DNA of 64,000 nt, from positions 5,880-69,879 of the forward strand of contig CAYMEF010000001.1 of the NCBI GenBank assembly GCA_964389625.1, in the 5' to 3' direction. The position numbers were made by a program, and so were the translations under genes. The stretch comes from an uncultured Thermoplasmatales archaeon. GTDB taxonomy: Archaea; Thermoplasmatota; Thermoplasmata; Thermoplasmatales; GCA-001856825. A model generated the notes under the pieces. The model saw nothing but the letters and a program-made list of their open reading frames with translations. It searched no databases and was not told the origin of the DNA. Every line of letters begins with the position of its first letter. The stretch's first letter is position 1. Shown one piece after another: positions 53,351 to 63,928 of this stretch.

Positions 53351-56232
53351 TACCTATGATCGAAAATAGAGCAATTGAGAAGGAGATGAAGTACTCATAC
53401 CTGGATTACGCGATGAGCGTGATCCTTGCCAGAGCAATCCCTGACGTTAGAGATGGACTCAAACCGGTCCACAGAAGGATCCTATACTCCATGTACGAAA
53501 TGGGTGTGACCTTCGACAAGCCGTACAGAAAATCAGCTAGAATCGTGGGAGAGGTCATGGGTAAGTACCATCCACACGGAGATACGGCCATCTATTCCAC
53601 ACTCGTTAGGATGGCCCAGGAATTCTCCCTAAGATATCCTCTGGTGGATGGGCAAGGAAATTTCGGATGCTTCACCAAGGATACTGGAGTGAGGTTGGCG
53701 GACGGAAGAAGCGTGGACTTTGAAACCATCATAGAGGAGCAGAAGCAGGGAAAAAGACACTGGACATTCAGCCTAAATCCTAATACCAGATCGATCGAAG
53801 TTACAGAGATAACTAACCCTCGCCGGACGAGAATCGATTCTGAGCTCGTTGAAGTGACGCTCGACAACGGCGAGAGAATCAGATGCACACCGGACCATAG
53901 ATTCCTGCTAAGGGATGGATCATACAAAGGAGCAAGAAAACTGTCTGTTGGCGAGTCGCTCTATCCACTTTATTTCAAGGACTCTGAAGATGTTCCGGGC
54001 CGAGCTGCGGATGCTAGCAACGACATCCTTGGTCAGCGGATTCCAGTCTTGGCACCTTCAAACCACAAGGTAAAACGCGTAATTTCCTTGGCAGAGAGGG
54101 AAGATACTTACGACCTGACGACCTCTCCGTGGCACAATTTCGCTCTATCTGCGGGAGTGTTTGTTCACAATTCGATCGACGGAGACCCTCCGGCCGCAAT
54201 GAGGTACACAGAGGCCAGACTGGAGAAGATTTCTAACGAAGTCGTTGCCGATATCGAGTACGAGACTGTGGATTTTGCACTTACGTTCGATGGTACCATG
54301 AAGGAACCGCTCTACCTGCCTTCTAGGATTCCGAACATACTCTTGAATGGAACGTCGGGTATTGCAGTCGGAATGGCTACCAACATGCCACCTCACAACC
54401 TCACGGAGATAGTCGATGGATTGATACACACTGTGAGGAACAAGGATGCACCAATAGAGGAGCTGCTGAAGATAATAACTGGGCCCGATTTCCCGACCGG
54501 CGGGATGATCCTGGGGAAGAAGGGGATCATCGATGCTTACAAGACAGGAAGAGGAAAGATAGACCTCAGAGCAAGAGCCGAGATAGAAAAGAACGAGATA
54601 ATATTCACCGAGGTACCCTACGAAGTGAACAAGTCAGAACTCCTCATCAAGATGGCGGAACTCTCAAAGGAAGGGGTTATAGGCGGTATCTCCAACATAA
54701 AGGACGAGAGCAATAAGGATGGCATAAGAATAGTCATAAAGGTCAAGAACGACTTCAGCCCGGAGATTTCTCTGAACCAGATATACGAACACACACAGAT
54801 GCAGGTCTCCTATGGCATAATCAACCTCGTTCTGGTGAACAATGTACCGAAGACACTGGGACTGCAGGAGATTATGCATGAATACCTGAAACACAGAGAG
54901 CTTGTCGTTACCAAGAGAACTCAGTTTTACTTGAAAAAGGCGAGAGAGAGGGAGCACATATTGGAAGCCCTGATAAAGGCCCTAGACGGCATCGATCTCA
55001 CGATCAAGATCATCAGATCATCGAAGGATGTCAAGGACGCTAGGGAGGGACTGAAGAAACAGTTCAAGCTGGACGATCTTCAGGCAAACGCAATCCTTGA
55101 GACTAGGCTTCAGAAGTTGACCGGAATGGAGATCGCTGACCTGAAGACGGAAATGAAGGAGATCGAGGAGAACATAAAGAAGTACAACGAGTTGCTTGCT
55201 GACGAGAACAAGAGATGGGACCTGATCGTCGAGGAACTCGAGGAAATTAAGCAGAAATATGGAGATTCCAGAAAGACGGAGATCAGCGACTCTTACGTCG
55301 AAACTACAGAGGAGGAGCTGATACCGCACGAGACAGACACTATTGTGCTTACGGAGGACAACAGGATCAGCAGAATCGAAGCGGATACATTTTCTGCCCA
55401 GAAGAGGGGCGGAAAGGGAGTTTATACCGGGACATCCGAGAGCGAGATAAAGCAGCTCATAACGTGTGATTCTCACGACAGGGTTTTCTTCTTCTCTGAC
55501 ACAGGAAAGGTGTTCCAGATCAAGGCTTACAGCATCCCCAAGGGGGAGAGAAGATCGAGGGCAAAACTCATCTCAGCCATATTCGAGAACATGAAGGGAA
55601 GGATTGTTTTCATCATGACAGAGAAGGCCGGAGAGGGAAAGAAGTACCTGCTGTTCGTGACGGAGAAGGGAAGGGTAAAGAAGACCGAAATCTCACAGTA
55701 CACAAACATCAGGTCCAACGGTCTCATTGCACTTAGGCTAAGACCGGGAGACCTGCTGAAGGACGTCTTCGTGACGGGTGGTGACGAAAAGATTGCTCTC
55801 CTCTCTACGGATGGAAGGCTCGTGCTCGTGGAGGAGAAGGAGTTCAGGTCTATGGGAAGACCCGCATCCGGTGTGACAGGCATAAGGTTCAAGGGAGACA
55901 ACAAGGTGGCGAGCGATGCTACTGTGAGCAGCAAGGAAATGATCGTGATCGCGGAGAAGGGACTGGGAAAGAGAGTAAGCGTAGAGGACTTTTCGATGAG
56001 ACACAGGGGGGCGAAGGGAATGAGGGCGATAAAGGTGACAGAGAGAACTGGCAGACCTATCTACGTCTCATCCATAGACGACGGCGACGAACTCCTCATA
56101 ATGACCAGAAATGGAAAAACGATAAGAACTGCAGTATCCGCTATTCCAAAGAAGGGAAGGAATGCGCAGGGAGTCAAGGTGATTGGATTGGACAAGGGGG
56201 ACGTGGTGGCTTCGGTCACTCAGCTCTCTTGA
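53347..56232 (+). CDS. gyrA: DNA gyrase subunit A, intein-containing precursor (961 aa; 793 aa after splicing)
   Basis: [21 protein letters not shown]|intein|[17 protein letters not shown], and a C-terminal beta-pinwheel. GTG 53347 overlaps the gyrB stop; ATG 53356 is the alternative. Confidence 0.95.
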   Translation: MIPMIENRAIEKEMKYSYLDYAMSVILARAIPDVRDGLKPVHRRILYSMYEMGVTFDKPYRKSARIVGEVMGKYHPHGDTAIYSTLVRMAQEFSLRYPLVDGQGNFGCFTKDTGVRLADGRSVDFETIIEEQKQGKRHWTFSLNPNTRSIEVTEITNPRRTRIDSELVEVTLDNGERIRCTPDHRFLLRDGSYKGARKLSVGESLYPLYFKDSEDVPGRAADASNDILGQRIPVLAPSNHKVKRVISLAEREDTYDLTTSPWHNFALSAGVFVHNSIDGDPPAAMRYTEARLEKISNEVVADIEYETVDFALTFDGTMKEPLYLPSRIPNILLNGTSGIAVGMATNMPPHNLTEIVDGLIHTVRNKDAPIEELLKIITGPDFPTGGMILGKKGIIDAYKTGRGKIDLRARAEIEKNEIIFTEVPYEVNKSELLIKMAELSKEGVIGGISNIKDESNKDGIRIVIKVKNDFSPEISLNQIYEHTQMQVSYGIINLVLVNNVPKTLGLQEIMHEYLKHRELVVTKRTQFYLKKAREREHILEALIKALDGIDLTIKIIRSSKDVKDAREGLKKQFKLDDLQANAILETRLQKLTGMEIADLKTEMKEIEENIKKYNELLADENKRWDLIVEELEEIKQKYGDSRKTEISDSYVETTEEELIPHETDTIVLTEDNRISRIEADTFSAQKRGGKGVYTGTSESEIKQLITCDSHDRVFFFSDTGKVFQIKAYSIPKGERRSRAKLISAIFENMKGRIVFIMTEKAGEGKKYLLFVTEKGRVKKTEISQYTNIRSNGLIALRLRPGDLLKDVFVTGGDEKIALLSTDGRLVLVEEKEFRSMGRPASGVTGIRFKGDNKVASDATVSSKEMIVIAEKGLGKRVSVEDFSMRHRGAKGMRAIKVTERTGRPIYVSSIDDGDELLIMTRNGKTIRTAVSAIPKKGRNAQGVKVIGLDKGDVVASVTQLS
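53668..54171 (+). mobile_element. 168-aa mini-intein in GyrA (no homing-endonuclease domain)
   Basis: Starts with Cys ([13 protein letters not shown], block A), TPDH (block B), [14 protein letters not shown] (block F), GVFVHN followed by Ser+1 (block G). The flanking exteins rejoin to the conserved GNFGSIDGD. Confidence 0.85.
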
Positions 56233-57100
56233 AAATACCTGCACTTGTAGTAGACGTGTCGAAAACCATGAAGTTCATTTCTTTCAGTTTCTTTACGAGC
56301 TTCTCTTTGTCTCTCGGAATTATGATTACCGCTCCCCCTCCACCCGCTCCGGTGAGTTTAGCTCCGTAACCATATTCCCTACCCACTGCAACTATCTTTT
56401 CTATCTGGTCCGTAGAAATACCGAAGACCTTCAACTCTGAGTGGTTTTCGTTCATCAGCTCACCCACTCTTGCTGCGTCCCCCTTCATGACCGCCCTTAC
56501 CCCCTCCTCCGTGATGTTACCGATCCTCTTCATTATGTCCTTGGCGAGGTTACCCCTCTCGTAGAATTTTCTCACTTTCGCGACCTGCTCTCTGGTAGAT
56601 CCCTTTGATCCAGAATAGACCACGACAAGTTCGATGTTCCTCGTTGGCAGACTCGAAAAACTCCATGAAATACCATTCTTCTCTATCTTCCATAGCGGTA
56701 TTCCTTCCTTGCCGTTTGTCAGAACGAATCCACCTGCTGAGATCGTTGTGGTGTCAATAGGGGAACCGAGTCCCTGCGTCTGGTATTCCAGGTTGTAGGC
56801 CTCGTTTGCCAGTTTCTCTTTGGAGAAATCCCTCTCGCACATCAGTATGCCTGTTATTATCATCGAAGATGTACCGAGACCAGAACCGGAGGGCACGTTT
56901 GTCTCAACCTTTACGTAAACGTTGGTGAGTCCGAGATAGGAGAGTGTCCGCTGAACAAATGGGGTGTACTGGAGTCCACTCCTGCTCGGGACCAGATAGA
57001 CCCTCGCAAAGAGGTCCACCGTCGCTGATAGTGCCGGATAACCGTACACTACAGCGTGCTCACCAAACAGGATGACCTTGTGAGGTGAGTAGACTACCAT
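56216..57100 (-). CDS. mvk: Mevalonate kinase (GHMP family)
   Basis: [33 protein letters not shown]. The 3' end overlaps gyrA by 17 nt (convergent). Confidence 0.85.
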   Translation of the reverse strand: MVVYSPHKVILFGEHAVVYGYPALSATVDLFARVYLVPSRSGLQYTPFVQRTLSYLGLTNVYVKVETNVPSGSGLGTSSMIITGILMCERDFSKEKLANEAYNLEYQTQGLGSPIDTTTISAGGFVLTNGKEGIPLWKIEKNGISWSFSSLPTRNIELVVVYSGSKGSTREQVAKVRKFYERGNLAKDIMKRIGNITEEGVRAVMKGDAARVGELMNENHSELKVFGISTDQIEKIVAVGREYGYGAKLTGAGGGGAVIIIPRDKEKLVKKLKEMNFMVFDTSTTSAGIFKRAE

Positions 57101-57104
57101 TCTG

Positions 57105-57569
57105 CTACTTTAGCGAGACCAGTTGACTGGCAGAATCGTCCTTTTGGGCAACGATCGCAGTCCCATACGCAAGGACCTCTGACATCGTTTGACCAATCTC
57201 AGAGGAATCAAACCTGACTTCAATTACTGCGTTTGCTCCAAGACTCTTCGCGTGCTGTTTCAGTCTCTCAAGCGCTTCGAACCTGCTCTGGTCGAGCATC
57301 TCAGAATATTCTTTTATTTCGCCACCTGCGATAGTCCTCAGTCCGGCTATTACGTTGCCACCGATTCCTCTCGACCTGACTATCAACCCCCAGGTGAATC
57401 CGATAACGCTGGTTATCTTGTATCCGGGAACGTACGGCGTGCTCACAACTATCAGATCAGCCGTAGATGGGTTGTAGTTTCCGCTGAACATAGACGAGTT
57501 AGATAGTGAGAATATAAAACGGTTACGCAATACACCTACGGACTGAGCAAAATGATGGTCGGGATCCAT
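57105..57569 (-). CDS. YbjQ/UPF0145-family protein
   Basis: GYKITSVIGFTWGLIVRSRG...GGEIKEYSEML...R..A..RL...A..LGANAVI. The N-terminal extension is uncertain (alternative ATG 57491). Confidence 0.7.
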   Translation of the reverse strand: MDPDHHFAQSVGVLRNRFIFSLSNSSMFSGNYNPSTADLIVVSTPYVPGYKITSVIGFTWGLIVRSRGIGGNVIAGLRTIAGGEIKEYSEMLDQSRFEALERLKQHAKSLGANAVIEVRFDSSEIGQTMSEVLAYGTAIVAQKDDSASQLVSLK

Positions 57570-57604
57570 TCCCGATATTCTTGGGCTGTAATTTTGAATA
57601 TAAC

Positions 57605-57642
57605 GGAAAATAAAAATGAAGACTAAGGTATTGAACCTTAGT
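57605..57642 (-). terminator. Putative terminator after the thermosome gene (hairpin plus T-tract)
   Basis: Perfect 8-bp inverted repeat ACTAAGGT/ACCTTAGT (57622-57629 / 57635-57642) 2 nt after the stop, followed on the minus strand by ATTTTTATTTT. Confidence 0.45.
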
Positions 57643-57644
57643 GT

Positions 57645-59270
57645 TTAGTCTTCGTCTCCGCCTGGTCTTCCACCTGGTGGTTTGGGAGCGCCTGCACTCG
57701 ATGCCTTTGTCGCTATGACGTCATCGATCCTGAGTATCATGACTGCTGCGTCAGTTGCGCTGTCGATCGCCTGTCTCCCGACTCTGATTGGTTCGATTAC
57801 TCCCAACTCAAACATGTCAATGGGCTTCCCCTTGACCACGTCCACACCCATGTTCCTCTTTCCATCTGCGTGCTCTTTCTTAAGGGAAATAAGGATGCCT
57901 ATTGAGTCGAGTCCTGCATTCTCTGACAGCGTTCTTGGAATGATCTCTATTGCCTCTGCGAACTTCTCTATAGCGAGCTGTTCCCTTCCTCCAACCGATG
58001 CGCTGTATTCTCTGAGCTTCATCGATATCTCCATCGCTGCCGCGCCTCCGCCCGGAATGATCTTCCCGTCGTGGAGTGCTGCTGCTACTACATGGAGTGA
58101 GTCTACTAGGCTCCTCTCTATTTCGTCGACAACGTGTTCTGTTCCGCCTCTAACAAGCACTGAAATTGCCTTCGGATTCTGGCAGCCGGTGACGAAAGTG
58201 AGGTGGTCTTCACCGATCTTCACTTCCTCGACCTTTTCAGCCTTGCCAAGATCATTGGAGGAAAGATCGTCCATGTTCGTGATTATCTCCCCGCCGATTG
58301 CCTTTGCCAACTTTTCTATGTCGCTCTTCTTCACTCTTCTTGCTGCATAGATGCCTTCCTTTGCTAGGTACGCCATCGCGAGGTCATCGATGCCCTTCTG
58401 TGTGAGAACGACGTTAGCACCGGTTGCCTTGATCTTTTCAACCATGTCTTTGAGTATGCTCTCCTCCTGCTTCTTGAATTTCGTTATCGATTCTGGATCC
58501 TCGATCCTTATTGAAGTATCGAATTCTGGCTTCTTGATTTCAAGTGCAGTATTCAGGAGCGCAATCTTTGCTTTGTTGACCAAAACCGGCATCCCAGGGT
58601 GTACTCTCTCCTTGTCTACTATTACCCCATGGATCAATTCCGTATCCTCTACAGAGCCGCCCTGTTTCTTTACTAGCTGTATATCGTCAAAGTCTACCTC
58701 GATCTTTCCCGAACGATCCTGAGCTACCTGCAAAACAGCTTTCACTGCGATATCTGCGAGTTTCTTTCTTGAAGTGGATGCACCCTTGGAATTGAGCGCA
58801 GTGTTCGCTATCTTCAGAAGAACTTTTTCATCCTTTCCTACCGGACTGGATATCTCGTTCAGAATCTGTTTCGCTCTCTCCGCGGCCATTCTGTAACCAG
58901 ATGCTATTACGGTGGGGTGAACGTTCTGGTTCAGCAGATCTTCCGCCTTTCTCAGAAACTCCCCTGCGAGAATCGCAGCGGTAGTAGTCCCGTCCCCAAC
59001 TTCCTGGTCCTGCGTCTTTGAGACTTCGACCATCATCTTCGCCGCTGGGTGGTCGATATCCATCTCCTTGAGGATTGTCACACCATCGTTCGTAATAACG
59101 ATATCACCCAAGGAATCGACAAGCATTTTATCCATTCCTCTCGGACCAAGTGTTGTCTTAACTGCATCGGCGATAGCCTTAGCTGCGTTGATATTGTTCT
59201 GCATTGCGTTCTTTCCGGATTCTCTCTTTGCTCCTTCTCTTAGAATAAATACTGGCTGTCCTGCCATCAT
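57645..59270 (-). CDS. ths: Thermosome subunit (group II chaperonin)
   Basis: [38 protein letters not shown]. Confidence 0.95.
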   Translation of the reverse strand: MMAGQPVFILREGAKRESGKNAMQNNINAAKAIADAVKTTLGPRGMDKMLVDSLGDIVITNDGVTILKEMDIDHPAAKMMVEVSKTQDQEVGDGTTTAAILAGEFLRKAEDLLNQNVHPTVIASGYRMAAERAKQILNEISSPVGKDEKVLLKIANTALNSKGASTSRKKLADIAVKAVLQVAQDRSGKIEVDFDDIQLVKKQGGSVEDTELIHGVIVDKERVHPGMPVLVNKAKIALLNTALEIKKPEFDTSIRIEDPESITKFKKQEESILKDMVEKIKATGANVVLTQKGIDDLAMAYLAKEGIYAARRVKKSDIEKLAKAIGGEIITNMDDLSSNDLGKAEKVEEVKIGEDHLTFVTGCQNPKAISVLVRGGTEHVVDEIERSLVDSLHVVAAALHDGKIIPGGGAAAMEISMKLREYSASVGGREQLAIEKFAEAIEIIPRTLSENAGLDSIGILISLKKEHADGKRNMGVDVVKGKPIDMFELGVIEPIRVGRQAIDSATDAAVMILRIDDVIATKASSAGAPKPPGGRPGGDED

Positions 59271-59425
59271 TTAACTGGACACCTCGTTTTCCGTATTTTA
59301 TTCTTCTATATAAAGATGTGTGATCGACTGAATTTCGAACATGCGAGAAACTTAGACATAGAGCCGTTTTCCGAATGTCTGATTCAATGGAAATTGAGAT
59401 ATATCGAATGGAAATTAGCAATAAC

Positions 59426-59498
59426 GCCACCGTGGCTCAGTAGGTAGAGCAGCTGATTCGTAATCAGCAGGTCGGGGGTCCGATTCCCTCCGGTGGCT
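59426..59498 (+). tRNA. tRNA-Thr: tRNA-Thr (anticodon CGU)
   Basis: Manual cloverleaf: acceptor GCCACCG/CGGTGGC, D arm GCTC-AGTAGGTA-GAGC, anticodon arm GCTGA-TTCGTAA-TCAGC, T arm GGGGG-TCCGATT-CCCTC. 73 nt, no encoded CCA. Confidence 0.9.
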
Positions 59499-59618
59499 TC
59501 AAATGACGAGAACCGCAAGAGATTGGAAATTCCATTCTATAACTAAAGAGAAGTGGGCTCAGAAAGACCACAGAACTGAGAAATTTTAGCACAAAAAAAA
59601 GAAAAATAGTGAAGAGAA

Positions 59619-61169
59619 TTACTTCTTTCCACTCGTTCCAGGCACTGCAACTTTCTGCGGTCTAATCGTTCCGGCAACCAGCGAACCAGCTAGGACGAAG
59701 AGCAGGTTGACTAGTATTCCAACCATTCCTGCGTAGAAGAATCCGAGTGGTGTACTGAATTTGAAGAAGACCGTCGTGATGCTCGTCCCGTGCGCAACTA
59801 TGAAGTTCGCATCGATCAGCAGGCCGAGTCCGGTGAGCTGTCCTGCAAGCCATCCAACTCCCACGGCCCACTTGTTCAACTTGTTGCTGTATAGGGCAAG
59901 GAATATCGATGGAAGTGTTTGTAGGATTATGATCCCTCCAACCAGTTGCAGCTCCAGGGAGTACGTTGAACTAACCACAAAGATGAATGTGAGAGCAATA
60001 AACTTGAACATTATTGAGAAGTACTTCGACAGCCTCGCTTCAAGTTTTGGAGTCATGCTCTTCATGTATGGTTTTATCACGTTTCTGGCGAGGAGATTTG
60101 CCTGGGCGATTGCCATGATGGATGCAGGTACGAGTCCTCCTATGAAGATCCCCAGGAATGCGAATCCCACGAACCATGGTGGAAGGTACGCATAGATGAG
60201 AGCAGGTACTGTGGTGACAACACCATACTGATGTATCAGAGGAAGAGTCTTGGAAGCACCGTATGCTAGTACACCGAACAATGCCAACAGAGCTAAACCA
60301 ACTCCATACAGTGGAAGTAGTGCCGTGCTCATCCTTAGTTTCTTTGTGCTGCTCGTGCTCAACACTCCGTTTATTGCGTGGGGATAGAGATAAAGGGCGA
60401 GGGCGCTTCCTATGACCAGACTTATGAAACCATTGAGGAAGAGACCTGAAAGATCTCCCGTACCTGTTGCCGGAAGTGGTTTCGCCGAAGCCATTGCCGC
60501 AAGCGCATGACCGAATCCTCCAGTGTACATGGGAATTGCCACTATTGCGACTATCACAGTTACGAATATGATGATGTCTTTCATAACAGCAGTAACTACA
60601 GCACCTCTCAACCCGCTCGTGAACGTGAAGAGAGCCAGTATTACGAATGCAACTATTAGAGCTATCTCAGTTATCACTACAGCATTGCTCGTGACTAGTT
60701 GACCTATCATTATGGTAAGCACAGCCTGCATCCCGTATATTTGAAGTGCGATGTATGGAAGTTCAGCAACTATTCCTGTCAGTGCAATGATGGTTGCTAG
60801 GGACCTGCTGTTGAACTTGTCCCTGATCATATCGACTGCAGTAACATAGTTGTGTTTCCTGGAGAGCTTCCACAGTCTGGGCATCGTGATCATTGCTACA
60901 CCGAACGTCATCCCGACGTACGGAACCGCAAAGAAGTACACCGCGCCCTTCACGTAGAGTGATTCGGGGATGGCAATGAATGTGTAGGCAGTGTATAGAT
61001 CCGCACCTACGAGGAACCACGCAAGGTAGCTTCCAATTTTTCTACCCGCAAGAGCCCAGTCCCCGAGGTCGCTCATATCGCCCCTTCTAAAGCGAGAAGC
61101 CCAGAATCCGAGTCCCACAAATAGGACAAATAGGCTGATGAATACAGCCAAAACTTCTATGTTATTCAT
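59619..61169 (-). CDS. Sodium:solute symporter (SSS) family transporter
   Basis: 516-aa polytopic protein with SSS-like N-terminal topology, coupled to a small upstream membrane protein. Confidence 0.8.
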   Translation of the reverse strand: MNNIEVLAVFISLFVLFVGLGFWASRFRRGDMSDLGDWALAGRKIGSYLAWFLVGADLYTAYTFIAIPESLYVKGAVYFFAVPYVGMTFGVAMITMPRLWKLSRKHNYVTAVDMIRDKFNSRSLATIIALTGIVAELPYIALQIYGMQAVLTIMIGQLVTSNAVVITEIALIVAFVILALFTFTSGLRGAVVTAVMKDIIIFVTVIVAIVAIPMYTGGFGHALAAMASAKPLPATGTGDLSGLFLNGFISLVIGSALALYLYPHAINGVLSTSSTKKLRMSTALLPLYGVGLALLALFGVLAYGASKTLPLIHQYGVVTTVPALIYAYLPPWFVGFAFLGIFIGGLVPASIMAIAQANLLARNVIKPYMKSMTPKLEARLSKYFSIMFKFIALTFIFVVSSTYSLELQLVGGIIILQTLPSIFLALYSNKLNKWAVGVGWLAGQLTGLGLLIDANFIVAHGTSITTVFFKFSTPLGFFYAGMVGILVNLLFVLAGSLVAGTIRPQKVAVPGTSGKK

Positions 61170-61420
61170 CTTCTCCCCTCCATTCTATTCAGCATTAGGG
61201 CTGCACCAGTAAACATCGCGGCTGTTACAAAAAGCCAAAGGGTCTCGAACCAGTAGAAGAAAGTCAGTCCGAACAGCGTTGGTCCTTTGAAGTTGTAGAT
61301 CGGTGTTATTGCAAAAACCAGCATTGGGATCAGCAGGAGTATTGCAACCACGATCTTTTCTGCGGTCGTCCCCCTGACTTCAAGTGATAGTTCGTCGGAG
61401 GCTACTTCACCCGTCGTCAT
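61166..61420 (-). CDS. Small membrane protein associated with the SSS transporter (DUF3311-like)
   Basis: 84 aa with 2 TM segments. A 4-nt overlap with the symporter start matches the common small-subunit arrangement. Confidence 0.55.
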   Translation of the reverse strand: MTTGEVASDELSLEVRGTTAEKIVVAILLLIPMLVFAITPIYNFKGPTLFGLTFFYWFETLWLFVTAAMFTGAALMLNRMEGRR

Positions 61421-61546
61421 TTTTTACCGAGATGTGCTATGTTTCAGGGGCTATTTATACTTAATTATAATTTAATAATTTCATATTACTTTAGAAAACT
61501 CCCTTTAATCAAGAAATTTTTAATCCGACAAAGCACTCCCCTAGGA

Positions 61547-62998
61547 GTGCAGTACAAGTGGACCGTCCTTTCAAATACCACCCTCGGAACGTTGATGGCA
61601 TCTCTTGACACGAACATAGTTCTCATCTCCCTACCAACTATAGCCAGGGAACTTCCAGATACATCGATCCTGGACCTTCTCTGGATCCTGATGGGTTATA
61701 CGCTCATTACCGCCGCGGTCCTGGTAAACTTCGGAAGGCTCTCGGATATGTTTGGTCGGGTGAAACTTTACACATTTGGGTTCGCCGTATTTACGATTGG
61801 CTCCGCCCTGTGTAGTCTGTCACAGATCGGCCCTGAGCTGATTGGATTCCGTCTGATACAGGGAGTCGGAGCTGCTTTCCTTTTTTCCAACAGCGGTGCA
61901 ATAATAACAGATGCTTTTGAAGAAAACGAGCGGGGTATGGCGCTCGGCATCAACCAGGTGGCCATTGTTGTGGGGTCGGTGTCCGGTCTAGTCTTTGGTG
62001 GGATACTCACCTACACCGTTGGATGGAGGTCCATATTCTACGTCAACATACCGATCGGGATAGCGGCAACGCTATGGGCACATCACAACCTGAAGGAGCT
62101 TGCGGTCATAACGAGGCGCCAAAAGATTGACTCGGTAGGGAACGTTTCATTCGCGGGAGCTATCGGGCTGGTCCTCGGGGGAATCACATTCTATGCAACT
62201 GGTTCCGCACACCTTGATGTTGTTCTGGCAATGATCTCGGCAGGGGTGATTCTATTCGTTCTCTTCATAATGTACGAACTGAAGATCGATCACCCGATGT
62301 TTGACCTCAGGATGTTCAGGATAAGATTGTTCGCAGCCGGAAACCTGGCAATCTTCATGAATGCACTTGCGAGAGGAGCCGTTACGTTCGTGCTGGTCTT
62401 CTACCTCCAGGGTCCAACTATGAGGTTGAACCCGTTCGAGGCCGGGCTCTTTCTGGTTCCGACTTCAATAGCACTCTCGACCTTTGGACCGATCAGTGGC
62501 TGGTTCTCTGACAAGTATGGGGCCAGATCGATTTCAACCATAGGTCTCATAGTCTCTGCAATCGGATTCATACTCCTCTCCCGGATAGGCCAGACAACGA
62601 CATTTAATGATTTGGTGGTACCTCTTGTATTAGTGGGTAGCGGTATGGGTATATTCGCATCTCCCAACCGCGCATCTATCATGAACTCCTCTCCCCCTGC
62701 AGAGAGAGGTATCGCATCCGGAATGAGTGCGACCCTTGTCAACACTGGCCAGATCTTCAGCATGGGAATCGCATTCTATGTCATGTCTCTCTCTGTGCCC
62801 ATGTCAAACCTCGCCGGTATATTCCTTGGCACGTCGAGCGGTGGTTCCGTTGGTCCATGGATAGGCAATTTCATCTCCTCCATCCACAACCTCTTCTTCC
62901 TCTCCGCTGCGATACTGCTGATCGCGATAATACCATCCGTCCTAAGGGGGAACAAGAGGGTCTCCCAGCCCGTACCCCTGCATTCAACTTCTAAGTGA
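61547..62998 (+). CDS. MFS transporter, 14-TM DHA2/EmrB-like
   Basis: LGTLMASLDTNIV, GRLSDMFGR, and 14 predicted TM segments. GTG 61547 is preferred because the 36 upstream codons of the track ORF run through an AT-rich promoter-like stretch. Confidence 0.8.
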   Translation: MQYKWTVLSNTTLGTLMASLDTNIVLISLPTIARELPDTSILDLLWILMGYTLITAAVLVNFGRLSDMFGRVKLYTFGFAVFTIGSALCSLSQIGPELIGFRLIQGVGAAFLFSNSGAIITDAFEENERGMALGINQVAIVVGSVSGLVFGGILTYTVGWRSIFYVNIPIGIAATLWAHHNLKELAVITRRQKIDSVGNVSFAGAIGLVLGGITFYATGSAHLDVVLAMISAGVILFVLFIMYELKIDHPMFDLRMFRIRLFAAGNLAIFMNALARGAVTFVLVFYLQGPTMRLNPFEAGLFLVPTSIALSTFGPISGWFSDKYGARSISTIGLIVSAIGFILLSRIGQTTTFNDLVVPLVLVGSGMGIFASPNRASIMNSSPPAERGIASGMSATLVNTGQIFSMGIAFYVMSLSVPMSNLAGIFLGTSSGGSVGPWIGNFISSIHNLFFLSAAILLIAIIPSVLRGNKRVSQPVPLHSTSK

Positions 62999-63082
62999 TT
63001 AGCTTGGAAAAAGTTCACCCCTCACCTCATTGGATTTAATTACACCGAAAATGTTTAAAAGCAAAATCAACTTTCTAGAATA

Positions 63083-63925
63083 ATGCACCCGGATTACGTG
63101 AAAGTTAAGTTGCCCACGGACGAGACATTCTTTGATACGAAGAAGGAAGTCCATGGACTGAACTTACACACAGTCTGTGAGGAAGCTAGATGCCCAAACA
63201 GGAGTGAATGCTGGTCTGATGGAACCGCGACTTTCATGGTCCTTGGGAAGAATTGTTCCAGGGCATGCAGGTTCTGTTCCGTGACTCATGGATTCGTGCA
63301 ACCACTCGATCCCATGGAGCCATTCCACATCGCAACTGCAGCGAGAGAGATGGGGCTGAAGTACGTTGTGATAACTTCTGTTGATAGGGATGACCTCCCG
63401 GATCAGGGAGCAAATCACTTTGCGAGTGTTATAAGGGAAGTCAAGAAGACGGGTGCGAGAGTAGAAGTGCTCATACCAGACTTTAGGGGAAACAGAGACT
63501 GCATAGATACGATCCTTGGGGAGGAACCGGTGGTACTTGCACACAACGTGGAAACGGTGAGAAGACTCACCCCATCTGTAAGGGATCATCGTGCAAATTA
63601 CGATCAGTCCCTGGAGGTTCTTAGGTATTCGGCCTCGAGGGGATTCGTTACAAAGTCGTCCATCATGTTGGGACTCGGAGAAACGGACGAAGAAGTGGTG
63701 CAAACCATGAGGGACCTTCGGAACGTCGATGTGAGCATACTCACGATTGGACAGTACCTCAGACCCTCGAAGGTGCAGCTTCCCGTGGTCGAGTACAGCA
63801 GGCTCAGCAGGTTCGAAAAATTGAAAGATGTCGGGTACGAGATGGGATTCCAGTTCGTAGCCTCAGGTCCGCTGGTAAGGACATCCTACAAGGCCGCGGA
63901 GGCATGGGCAATGAGGAGGATCTGA
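63083..63925 (+). CDS. lipA: Lipoyl synthase
   Basis: Auxiliary cluster CEEARCPNRSEC and radical-SAM motif CSRACRFC. Confidence 0.9.
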   Translation: MHPDYVKVKLPTDETFFDTKKEVHGLNLHTVCEEARCPNRSECWSDGTATFMVLGKNCSRACRFCSVTHGFVQPLDPMEPFHIATAAREMGLKYVVITSVDRDDLPDQGANHFASVIREVKKTGARVEVLIPDFRGNRDCIDTILGEEPVVLAHNVETVRRLTPSVRDHRANYDQSLEVLRYSASRGFVTKSSIMLGLGETDEEVVQTMRDLRNVDVSILTIGQYLRPSKVQLPVVEYSRLSRFEKLKDVGYEMGFQFVASGPLVRTSYKAAEAWAMRRI

Positions 63926-63928
63926 GAT

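Noticed and set aside
59499-59618. A C/D-box sRNA downstream of tRNA-Thr (AAUGACGA ... CUGA about 75 nt apart).
   Set aside because: The C box is imperfect, there are no internal C'/D' boxes, and the spacing is longer than in typical archaeal C/D sRNAs.
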